This document shows, piece after piece, positions 1 to 8,515 of a DNA stretch of 26,765 nucleotides (position 1 is the stretch's first letter; every line of letters starts with the position of its first letter). Origin of the DNA: an uncultured bacterium (lineage in GTDB: Bacteria; Babelota; Babeliae; Babelales; Babelaceae); NCBI GenBank assembly GCA_963824495.1, contig CAWGPQ010000020.1, positions 1 through 26,765 of the forward strand. The letters run 5' to 3'. The position numbers and the translations under genes are program-made. The notes under the pieces are model-generated. The model was not told the DNA's origin, ran no database searches, and worked only from the letters and a program-made list of their open reading frames with translations.

Positions 1-2
1 CT

Positions 3-648
3 AAATCGGAAAAAGCAGGGTGGATAATGGAGCCCGACGCGCAAAGAATTTTCTCTCTGTCGGGCCTTAAAACACCGAAAATGCCGTCGCGACCGAGGCC
101 AGGCAGGCGATAAGTATTGCCCGCTCCATCGGTTATCCGGTTGTGGCTAAAATTGTCTCGCCGGCTATCATCCATAAGTCCGATGTAAAAGGCGTGGTTG
201 TGGGTATCAACAGACGATCAAATATTAACTCAAGACACTGGAGCGCTTCCGAAAACTTAACGGATTTGTTGGGATGCTGATTGCCGAAATGGTTCAAGGC
301 ATTGAATTGATCATTGGTGCTAAAAACGATTTCCAATTTGGTCCTATGATTCTTTTAGGGATGGGCGGCATAGGTGTGGAGATATATAAGGATGTATCAT
401 TAAGAATGGCCCCGCTCAAAGCAAGAGATGCCGACAACATGATCAATGATCTGACTGCCCGCCGTCTGCTTACCGGTTATCGCGGAGCCCAGCCCATCAA
501 CATGAATGCGCTTAAAAAAACGATTTTGAGTTTTTCCGGATTGATGATGGATTTGCAGGATATGGCTGAATCTATTGATTTGAATCCCGTCATATGCAAC
601 GCAAAATCATGCATTATCGCTGACGCGAGAATCATGCTGAAGAAATAG
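3..648 (+). pseudogene. Acetate--CoA ligase (ADP-forming) beta-type ATP-grasp domain protein; 5'-partial and frameshifted
   Basis: ORF 274-648 has GIELIIG..DFQFGPMILLGMGGIGVEIYKDVS and DLNPV motifs. Upstream frames give GWIMEPDAQRIF and IGYPVVAKIVSPAIIHKSDVKGV, which need frameshifts near ~80 and ~210-270. These could be read errors. Confidence 0.8.
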
Positions 649-717
649 CTTTCACGTTTCGTTTAACCCGCTTGAACATTTCATTGAAAGAAAAGTGCAA
701 CAAGATCGTTTTTCCTC

Positions 718-737
718 TGCGCCAGGCTGATGGCGCA
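718..737. promoter_or_regulatory. Inverted repeat, candidate enhancer (UAS) for a sigma54 activator
   Basis: Perfect TGCGCCA-N6-TGGCGCA about 60 bp upstream of a sigma54-like motif. Confidence 0.4.
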
Positions 738-797
738 TCGTTAAATAGTCCAATAAATCGTAATAGATACAATCATATATTATCTCCTTTTAAAATC

Positions 798-813
798 TGG
801 CACGATAATTTCA
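798..813 (+). promoter_or_regulatory. Sigma54 (-24/-12)-like promoter
   Basis: TGGCACGATAATTTCA versus consensus TGGCACGRNNNTTGCW; one mismatch, in the -12 element. Confidence 0.45.
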
Positions 814-860
814 ATAGTATAAAGGCAAATAAACAAATTACCTAAAGGAGGTAACAGATC

Positions 861-1136
861 ATGAAAAAGACATTAGGAACAATGATGGTAGCGGCAGCAG
901 TGGTTCTTTTAACGGCAACATTCGGATTCGCCGAATACGCGGCAACAGGAGTAACAAATTTCCCATACTTCCAACTGGGTTTACTGATTCTCGGCGGGTT
1001 GCTTCTGTTAACGTTAAAAAGAAAATATAATAAGATGTACGCAACCGAGGCAGCAGGTGTCTTCGCTCTTTACACTCTTCTGATGGCGCTTTTCACCAAC
1101 CCCGTAATTGAGATGGTGAAAACTCTGGTTACTTGA
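861..1136 (+). CDS. Small membrane protein (signal peptide plus two hydrophobic helices), function unknown
   Basis: AAGGAGG RBS; 91-aa ORF with N-terminal signal-like segment ending TFGFA and two TM-like stretches; followed by a terminator. Confidence 0.8.
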   Translation: MKKTLGTMMVAAAVVLLTATFGFAEYAATGVTNFPYFQLGLLILGGLLLLTLKRKYNKMYATEAAGVFALYTLLMALFTNPVIEMVKTLVT

Positions 1137-1176
1137 TAGTCTTTGCAAAGACGACATGATCTGCCTATATAACCGG

Positions 1177-1212
1177 CCCCCTCAGGATGAAAGTCCTGAG
1201 GGGGTTTTTGTT
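1177..1212 (+). terminator. Rho-independent terminator
   Basis: CCCCCTCAGGA-TGAAAG-TCCTGAGGGGG stem followed by TTTTTGTTT. Confidence 0.85.
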
Positions 1213-1327
1213 TGATACCAATTCACTTGTAAATTACCACCTTACAGACGGTAATTTCTTTATTGACAGTATTTCTTTTCAGTATTAGTTAGATATCAGG
1301 GTTTTTAAAAGCAAAGGAGCAAAACAC

Positions 1328-2307
1328 ATGATTGTTGTTACGGGTGGCGCGGGGTTTATCGGCAGCGCCTTTATCTGGCGGCTGAATCAGGAAAATATTG
1401 ATGACATTATAATTGTTGACGAGTTGGGCAAAACCGATAAATGGAAAAATCTGGTGAATCTTCGCTTCGTCAATTATTTCCATAAAGACGATTTTCTGCC
1501 GCTGATTTATAACGACACGGTACCTTTTGAAATTGAAGCGATAATCCATATGGGTGCCTGCTCATCCACGACCGAACGCGATGCCGATTACCTCTGGCAA
1601 AATAATTATGTTTATACCAGGCCATCTGGCCGAATGGGCGATTGAACGCAGCATTCGTTTTATCTACGCCAGCTCCGCGGCAACTTATGGCGATGGAACA
1701 AAGGGTTTTTCGGATGACCACGGCAAAATAAAGCGAACTCAAGCCGATCAACATGTATGGCTATTCCAAGCAGGTGTTTGATTTAAGGGTGCTTAGACAT
1801 TCGTGGGAAAACAAAATTGCCGGAATTAAATTTTTCAATGTCTTCGGCCCCAACGAATACCACAAGGGAGATATGACCAGCGTCATCTTCAAAGCCTTTC
1901 ATCAGATTAAGGAAACCGGCAAAGTGAAACTTTTCAAATCCTATATGCCCAAGTACCCTGACGGCGGGCAATTGCGCGATTTTGTTTATGTCAAAGACTG
2001 TATCGATGTGATGTGGTGGCTTTTTAATAATCAGGATGTCAACGGCATTTATAATTTAGGCACAGGCAAGGCTAGAACCTGGAATGATTTAATCAGCGCG
2101 GTTTTTGAAGCGATGGAGCTCAAAACCAATATCGAATATATTGAAATGCCCGAATCTCTGCGCAATCAATATCAGTACTTTACACAGGCGGAAATGAGAA
2201 AGCTGCAGGATGCCGGCTGCCCGGTTAAGTTTTCCCCACTGGAAGATTCCGTGAAAGATTATGTAACTAATTATCTGCAGAAGCCCGATTCGCATTTAGG
2301 AAAGTAA
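1328..2307 (+). CDS. hldD: ADP-L-glycero-D-manno-heptose-6-epimerase, split by two +1 frameshifts (~1621, ~1734)
   Basis: MIVVTGGAGFIGS, HMGACSSTTE, IYASSAATYGDG, PINMYGYSK (YxxxK) and FFNVFGPNEYHKG motifs spread across three overlapping ORFs. Confidence 0.9.
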
Positions 2308-2353
2308 GCAGTTATAAAACAAATAGAATAAAATTTACTCAAATATACTGCTC

Positions 2354-2502
2354 GAAACGACTTCGTAAAAAGCTTCAGAGACAAGGCACACAAAGCCTGA
2401 GGAGTGAGGCCTACTTTGCCGTAGGCCGCAAGGACGAAGGATGTGGTGTAACGCAGTATACCATGGTGCCCTTTAGGGTATGAACTTTTTACGGAGTTGT
2501 TC
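2354..2502. repeat. Intergenic ~150-bp inverted-repeat (MITE/REP-like) element
   Basis: Left end AACGACTTCGTAAAAAG and right end CTTTTTACGGAGTTGTT are near reverse complements; internal GGCCTAC..GTAGGCC hairpin; non-coding. Confidence 0.65.
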
Positions 2503-2504
2503 AA

Positions 2505-3251
2505 ATGAAAAGAGATATCGTTTGCATAATCCCCTCCCGCTATGAATCCAGTCGATTTCCGGGCAAGCCTCTGGCTGATCTTTGCGGTAAGCCGATGATA
2601 CAACATGTATATGAAAGAGTTGCTAAGGCCAAAGCGGTACCATATGTGGCGGTGGCGACAGATGATGAAAGAATCTTTAATGCCGTGAAAAAATTTGGTG
2701 GCAACGCGATTATGACAGCAACAACTCACCGCTCCGGTACGGACAGAATCTCGGAAGCTGTAAAATCACTTAATCTTACAGCCGACGCGATTGTCGTCAA
2801 CATTCAGGGCGATCAGCCGATTTTTGAACCGGTACAGGTAGATGAAGTAATCCAGCCCCTGCTTGATGATCCGGCCATCATCATGTCCACGTTAATTTAC
2901 AAAATTATTCTGGAAGAAGAAATCACCCATCCTCACGCGGTGAAAACTGTTTTTGATCACGAAGGATTCGCCCTATATTTTTCCCGCGCGACCATTCCAT
3001 ATGTGCGCGATAAGAAACTCAAAGCGGATTATTATAAGCATCACGGCATTTACGCCTATCGCCACGATTTTCTCGATATCTTCACCAAACTGCCTGAAGG
3101 AAAACTCGAAAAGCTCGAAGCGCTGGAGCAATTGCGCGTGCTGGAACACGGCTACAAAATAAAATGTGTCATCACACCTCATGATTCGGTTGAAGTGGAT
3201 AATCAGCAGGAGCTGGAAAAAGTCCGCCAGATTCTTACCGCAAAAAAGTAA
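2505..3251 (+). CDS. kdsB: 3-deoxy-manno-octulosonate cytidylyltransferase (CMP-Kdo synthetase)
   Basis: IIPSRYESSRFPGKPL, HRSGTDR, VNIQGDQP, ALYFSRATIP and LEALEQLRVLEHG motifs. Confidence 0.96.
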   Translation: MKRDIVCIIPSRYESSRFPGKPLADLCGKPMIQHVYERVAKAKAVPYVAVATDDERIFNAVKKFGGNAIMTATTHRSGTDRISEAVKSLNLTADAIVVNIQGDQPIFEPVQVDEVIQPLLDDPAIIMSTLIYKIILEEEITHPHAVKTVFDHEGFALYFSRATIPYVRDKKLKADYYKHHGIYAYRHDFLDIFTKLPEGKLEKLEALEQLRVLEHGYKIKCVITPHDSVEVDNQQELEKVRQILTAKK

Positions 3252-3290
3252 GTTTGCTACAGTAAATCGCAAAGCGTTAACGGAGGTACA

Positions 3291-4160
3291 ATGAGCCCGC
3301 GCAAAAGAATTATTTTGCTGATTTTAATCATGGTAGTGATAGTTCTGGGAGTCGAATTTATTGCAATTAAAATGCTTTACCAAACGGCATTTAAAGAACA
3401 AGCAGATGATCTTCGAGACATTGTCGCGAGTCAGGCTCGCTTGATTGAAGCAGTGGCTAGATTCGATTCCCAATATAGTAAGACTTATCCTGCGGGGGCA
3501 AACGAAGCGACGTTAAGCCAAGTCATTGATGCGCATAAACGCTATAAGGGTTTTGGTCAAACCGGTGAATTTGCTCTGGCCAAGAGACAAGAAGATAATA
3601 TTGTTTTTATTTTCAATCAGCGTCATAGCAATTTCCATAATCCGAAACCCATTCCTTTCAACTCAAAATTGGCGGAACCGATGCGACTGGCGCTATCCGG
3701 ACATTCCGGAGCGATTGTTGGATTAGATTATCGTGGAGAAAAAGTTTTAGCTGCCTACGAACCGGTGGCGTTATTAAACTGGGGTATTGTTGCCAAGGTC
3801 GATATGGACGAAGTTCGCGCTCCTTTTATCAAGGCTGGATTAATTTGCGGTTTATTTGGCATTATTGCCATTATGATCGGCACAGTAATATTTATTAAGC
3901 TCACGGAGCCTCTGATTGTAAAATTACGCGATACTATTGCCGAACTTCAAAATGCCCTGGAGAATGTCAAGCAATTGAGCGGTTTATTGCCAATTTGTGC
4001 TTCCTGTAAAAAAATTCGTGATGACAAAGGATATTGGACGCAAATAGAAGGCTATATAAGGGATCATTCAGAGGCGGAGTTCAGCCATAGCATCTGCCCT
4101 GATTGTACTGAAAAATATTATGCTGATTTGAATATTCATAAAGCAAAAACGGGGACATGA
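3291..4160 (+). CDS. Membrane sensor-like protein: TM - periplasmic Cache-like domain - TM - coiled coil - CxxC/CxxC module
   Basis: GGAGG RBS; two TM segments; GLDYRGEKVLAAYEP..WGIVAKVD Cache-like motif; C-terminal LSGLLPICASCKKIRDDKGYW...FSHSICPDC. Confidence 0.75.
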   Translation: MSPRKRIILLILIMVVIVLGVEFIAIKMLYQTAFKEQADDLRDIVASQARLIEAVARFDSQYSKTYPAGANEATLSQVIDAHKRYKGFGQTGEFALAKRQEDNIVFIFNQRHSNFHNPKPIPFNSKLAEPMRLALSGHSGAIVGLDYRGEKVLAAYEPVALLNWGIVAKVDMDEVRAPFIKAGLICGLFGIIAIMIGTVIFIKLTEPLIVKLRDTIAELQNALENVKQLSGLLPICASCKKIRDDKGYWTQIEGYIRDHSEAEFSHSICPDCTEKYYADLNIHKAKTGT

Positions 4161-4164
4161 AGTA

Positions 4165-5178
4165 ATGAAATTTTTTAAGATGATGGCAGTATGTAAAAAA
4201 ATGTTAGCCGGCATCTTCTTACTGTCACTGTTTATACCGCTTTCTGGAAATGCCGCTGGAATTGACGAAGGTATGGCTAGGTGTGCGGAGCTCAAGAATG
4301 ACAATGCTGCAAGATTGAAATGCTTCGATGATCTGGTAAAACAACAAATTTCTGTAAAAGGCAATTCTTCTCCCGGCACTGTTGCTACAGAAGCGCCTAA
4401 ACCGGTCTCCGTAATGTCCAGGCATTGGGATTTGGATAGACCCAAGGGGAAAATAGAAGACACCTTTTTCAGGTTCAGGCCTTACCGTCCCGTCTATTTC
4501 TTGCCTGTTGCCTATAACTCATCACCTAATGAAGATACTGCTTTGGATTTCGACAAGAATGCCAAAGCCCAGTACAATGAAGCAAAATTTCAACTAAGCT
4601 TTAAAATAAAACCGTGGGGAACAGATATAGAAGGCATAGAAATTCTCAAAGGCATAGATATATGGTTGGCCTACACACAACTTGCCTTCTGGCAGGTTTA
4701 TAATTCGGCGTTTTCTGCGCCTTTTCGCGATACCAACTATGAGCCGGAACTGTTGATTAATCTGCGCACCGATTATCATCTCCTCGGTCTTCATGGCCGC
4801 ATACTTAATCTGGGGTATAACCATCAATCCAATGGCCGCTCCGTTCCCCTTTCCCGAAGCTGGAATCGTATTGTGGCTAATGTTGGCCTGGAAAATGAAG
4901 AAGGCAATTTCAATCTGCTTTTGAAAACATGGTACCGAATTCCGGAAGACGAACACAATGATGATAATCCCGATATCACCAGATACATGGGACATGGCGA
5001 GCTCTGGGGAACTTTCTATTGGCAAAAGCAGCGCTTTGCCGTGATGCTGCGCAATAATTTCCGTAAGGAAAATCTGGGGGCGGTTCAACTGGATTGGAGT
5101 GTGCCCTTCTCTTTCTTCTATGATAAGTTTAGCGATAAATGCAGCGTCTATTTTCAGTACTTTAACGGTTACGGAGAG
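4165..5178 (+). CDS. pldA: Outer membrane phospholipase A (OMPLA), 3'-truncated at a junction
   Basis: EAKFQLSFK, AYTQLAFWQVYN, PFRDTNYEPE, catalytic HQSNG, SRSWNR and YFNGYGE motifs; residues after YGE come from the foreign holB antisense strand. Confidence 0.88.
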
Positions 5179-5506
5179 ATTTTAAGAGACTACTGGCACA
5201 AAGAGGTGATAATGCATCTGCATACTCAAAAACAAACATGAAAAGCTCATGTGAATTAAGAGCAAAAGATAATTGCTTAAAAACCAACTCAAGCTGGCCA
5301 AGAGTATAGTGAGCTTTTTCTGGCTTAAGCCATACGATCTGGTGATAACGTCGATTAATAATCTGGCTACAGACAGTACATAGCTGGCAACCTCCAGCGT
5401 CACACCAGATTACCTGACAATACGTATATACTTCGGTGCTAAGCTTGTCATGCGGACCAAGCCATAACTGAGCCGGAGCTGGTAAGTCACTAAGAGCCAG
5501 ATTCAT
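5174..5506 (-). CDS. holB: DNA polymerase III delta' subunit, N-terminal fragment cut at the junction
   Basis: Four-Cys zinc motif C..GGCQLCTVC and ADALSPLCASSLLKSL, which matches the A..L...ANALLKTLEEP motif but is cut before EEP; lies downstream of tmk as usual. Confidence 0.75.
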
Positions 5507-5525
5507 GATCGGTTATTGAACTTTC

Positions 5526-5548
5526 AAAACCCCTTACTTGGCAAGGGG
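5526..5548 (-). terminator. Putative rho-independent terminator of the ankyrin gene
   Basis: Minus strand reads CCCCTT-GCCAAGT-AAGGGG-TTTT, about 90 bp after the ankyrin stop. Confidence 0.45.
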
Positions 5549-5638
5549 AGCAAAAAGCATATACATAATTACTAGAGTACTACTGAGTCTAATATCTTCT
5601 AAAATTAAATCCAACGCATAAGCAGTCAAAAGTTCTTT

Positions 5639-6805
5639 TTATGAATTCGAACTTGATGGAAGTATGGGATGACCAGGAGCTAGAGCAAACTGAGCGATAT
5701 GCTGAGCAAGCTCATGCGGAAGGGGCTGACCTGCTGATTGCCATGCAAAGCCGCCCCCACGGCCTAATCTTGATATTCTGCCAAATACAGTACGACCTGC
5801 TTGTTCTTCTAAAAAGGCAACAAGATCAGGGTGGTGGTATTGTCGCGCAAGAGCCAAGCATGAGTTACCATACCCATTAACAAGAGTAGGGTTAGCACCA
5901 TGTGCAAGCAGCAGCTTAACCGTACTTAAGCTACCATTACGGGCTGCTACGTGTAATGGTGTATTACCATCGCCATCTTGGGTATTGATATCAAAGTCAT
6001 GATCAAGCAATAGTCTTACAAGAGCACTATTACCCTGCGTAGCCCAATGTAACGCAGTTTTTCCTGTAGTATCGGGTGCATGCGTAAGCTCTCGCGGGCT
6101 TTGTCCTAAAAGCTGACTAATACGTTCAGCACTGCTAAAAATAACTTCTATGATAAAGTTATGGCCAATGGTTTTTTTGAGCAAGTCCTTGAGCATTTGA
6201 ATTTGTTCTTGCCTGGTAGGCAATCTTGCTCCACATTCTAAAAGTAGTCTCACTATATCTCCCTTGCTATTTGCGGCTGCGCGCATTAAAGCAGTCTCCC
6301 CCTCCTTATCAGTGTGATTAACATCAGCATCGTGTTCTATGAGTAATCTAACTATATTGGCATATCCTGTTCTAGCTCCCAACATAAGGCTGGTTTCACC
6401 ATGATCATCAGTGTGATGAACATCAGCACCAGCTTCTATAAGTATTCTTACTATGTCTATACATCCATTACCAGTTGCTACCATAAGGGCAGTTCGGCCA
6501 TACATATCAGTATGATTAACATGAATGTTAACATGAGCACCATGCTCTATAAGCATTCTAACTATCTCTGTATTTTTCTTACAAGCTGCCCATATAAGGG
6601 GAGTATTGCCGTTATTATCAACATAATTACTATCAGCACCAGCATTGAGCGCAACTTCAACGTCTTCACGGTTACCATCTTTGGCTGCCTTTATTAATGC
6701 TTGGTTGGCAGAGTTAGTTGGCTCTTGAATGTACACGGATTCTAATGGTAGAGCACCCAATAACCACAGGCCAATCAAAAATAGTTTTGCAATAGTCTGG
6801 ATCAT
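5639..6805 (-). CDS. Secreted ankyrin-repeat protein with C-terminal F-box-like motif
   Basis: Signal peptide-like N-terminus; about 8 ankyrin repeats (GNTPLIWAA, GRTALMVA, GNTPLHVAARNG); C-terminal LPHELAQHIAQF; AAGGA RBS. Confidence 0.9.
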   Translation of the reverse strand: MIQTIAKLFLIGLWLLGALPLESVYIQEPTNSANQALIKAAKDGNREDVEVALNAGADSNYVDNNGNTPLIWAACKKNTEIVRMLIEHGAHVNIHVNHTDMYGRTALMVATGNGCIDIVRILIEAGADVHHTDDHGETSLMLGARTGYANIVRLLIEHDADVNHTDKEGETALMRAAANSKGDIVRLLLECGARLPTRQEQIQMLKDLLKKTIGHNFIIEVIFSSAERISQLLGQSPRELTHAPDTTGKTALHWATQGNSALVRLLLDHDFDINTQDGDGNTPLHVAARNGSLSTVKLLLAHGANPTLVNGYGNSCLALARQYHHPDLVAFLEEQAGRTVFGRISRLGRGGGFAWQSAGQPLPHELAQHIAQFALAPGHPILPSSSNS

Positions 6806-7700
6806 TTAAATAATCCTTTAGATTAGTATATTTGTATATATTTAATCTCAATTGTGACATTGCTGTGCAAGATGATCAATAATTGGTAAGTTTGTAAATA
6901 TCGCGTGATATTAGCAATACAATAACGTAAATACATGGTAACGTCACGCTAGTATACTTAAGAAGTTGACCCTGGTGGAGACATATGGCCTGGAGCCAGA
7001 GCAAACTGAGCAATTAAGCAAGCAATCTCAGGCGGAAGAGTAGCGCCTATAGGATGCTGCCACGCAAATTCTCCCCTACGGCCCAGCCTGGATATGCCTC
7101 CAAAGACGGTATGACTTGGTTCTTGTTCCAAAAGCACAATAATGTGGGGCGATTGTATCTGTAGGCAAGAGATAGTGGTGAATCGCCTTGCCTATTAATA
7201 AACATAATTTGAGCACCACCCATTATTAGCTGCCAACCAAAGAGAGGTCCAGCCATTGCCATAAGCATGATTGATATTAGCGCCTGCTTCTATAAGCATC
7301 CTAATTATATCTGTAAATCCACGGGATGCTGCTGATAAAAGAGCAGTGGTGCCATAATTATTAACATGATTAACGTCAGCGTTATGCTCTGTAAGCATTC
7401 TAACTATATCTATATTTCCCTTAAAGACTGCCCACAGAAGAGCAGTATCGCCATTATAATTAGTATGATTGACATGAGCACCAGCATTGAGCGCAGCCTC
7501 AACTCCTGTAAGATTGCCATCTTTAGCTGCATCTAGTAATTCTTGATTGGCAGGGTTTGCTGGCGCTTGAGTATGCATGGATTCTAATGGCAGTACACTC
7601 GATAACCATAGGCCAATCAAAAATAGTTTTGTAATAGCTTTTATCATTTAAATAATCCTTTGGAGTAGTATATAATTCTTCTATATTTAATTTCGATTAT
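6737..7700. repeat. Duplicated 5' end and leader region of the two ankyrin genes (~6737-6855 and ~7579-7698)
   Basis: Both copies contain GGATTCTAATGG, GGCCAATCAAAAATAGTTTTG and ATCATTTAAATAATCCTTT..TAGTATAT. Confidence 0.8.
6958..7647 (-). pseudogene. Paralogous ankyrin/F-box-like gene with an internal deletion and two frameshifts
   Basis: N-terminus MIKAITKLFLIGLWL matches the neighbour. The frame breaks after AANNG (~7220), continues GAQIMFINRQGDSPLSLA, then shifts again (~7143) to LLEQEPSHTVFGGISRLGRRGEFAWQHPIGATLPPEIACLIAQFALAPGH..* ending at 6958. Confidence 0.8.
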
Positions 7701-7751
7701 TGCATAGATATTGTTGGGCCGTCAAGCAGTACAGCGAGCTAGGTAGCACAT

Positions 7752-8417
7752 TTACGGCTGAGTTTCTGCTTGACCATGAGGTAAAGATCCCTGCAGTGCG
7801 TTATGGATAGCTGCTTCAGCTTGTGCTAGAAGTGCTTCTGGATGTTGCGTTGCATCGAGGGTAATAACAGGTAACCGGTTTTGAAATGACTGCTGAAAAC
7901 CCTCGGTAACTCGCTCAAAAAATTCACGTTGCTCACGATCAAAAGCATGAAGTTCGCCCCCACGTGCTTGCCTGCGTGCTTGAGCGTGCTCAGGGTCAAG
8001 AGCAAGATAGAGCACAAGATCAGGTTCAACCCCCTGCATGACCCATCTATTAGTGGCTGTTATCATGCCTATATCGACACCTCGACCATAACCTTGATAT
8101 GCATATGAAGAATCAGCCATACGATCTGAAATGACTATAGTATTCTGCTTAAGTGCAGGAATAATGTATTCTTGCATATGTTGAGCACGATCTGCTGCAA
8201 ATAGAAGATACTCGGTATTAGGGTAGAGAGTACCTGAGAAGTGCTGTAGTATCGTGCGAATATGTTTACCTATTTCTGTGCCCCCCGGTTCTTTGGTAAG
8301 TACAGCAGGAAACCCTGTGTCCGTAAGTTTTTGGTAGAGTAGATGAGCAAGAGTCGTTTTTCCTGACCCATCAATACCTTCAAGTGCAACGAGTAATCCC
8401 CGAGAAAGCTTAATCAT
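7752..8417 (-). CDS. tmk: Thymidylate kinase
   Basis: LEGIDGSGKTT P-loop, KEPGGT, LLFAADRAQH, SDR..DSSYAYQGYGRG and PDLVLYL motifs. Confidence 0.96.
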   Translation of the reverse strand: MIKLSRGLLVALEGIDGSGKTTLAHLLYQKLTDTGFPAVLTKEPGGTEIGKHIRTILQHFSGTLYPNTEYLLFAADRAQHMQEYIIPALKQNTIVISDRMADSSYAYQGYGRGVDIGMITATNRWVMQGVEPDLVLYLALDPEHAQARRQARGGELHAFDREQREFFERVTEGFQQSFQNRLPVITLDATQHPEALLAQAEAAIHNALQGSLPHGQAETQP

Positions 8418-8515
8418 AAGATGCTGATAACTGCCATAGAAAAAATAAGAAAGTTATGGTATACGTTAGAGTGTACTATTTTTCTTAATTCCTGTTAAGA
8501 GCAGGGCAAGACCAT

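Noticed and set aside
1231..1291. AAATTACC-N11-GGTAATTT palindrome and TTGACA upstream of hldD
   Set aside because: Plausible operator and -35, but no convincing -10 at proper spacing, so not called
1600..1760. Programmed frameshifting in hldD
   Set aside because: No slippery sequence at the shift points; two separate insertions in an error-rich segment fit sequencing error better
5179..5241. pldA C-terminus ILRDYWHKEV... as native sequence
   Set aside because: It is the antisense of holB codons beyond the junction; the resemblance to SLxDY is coincidental
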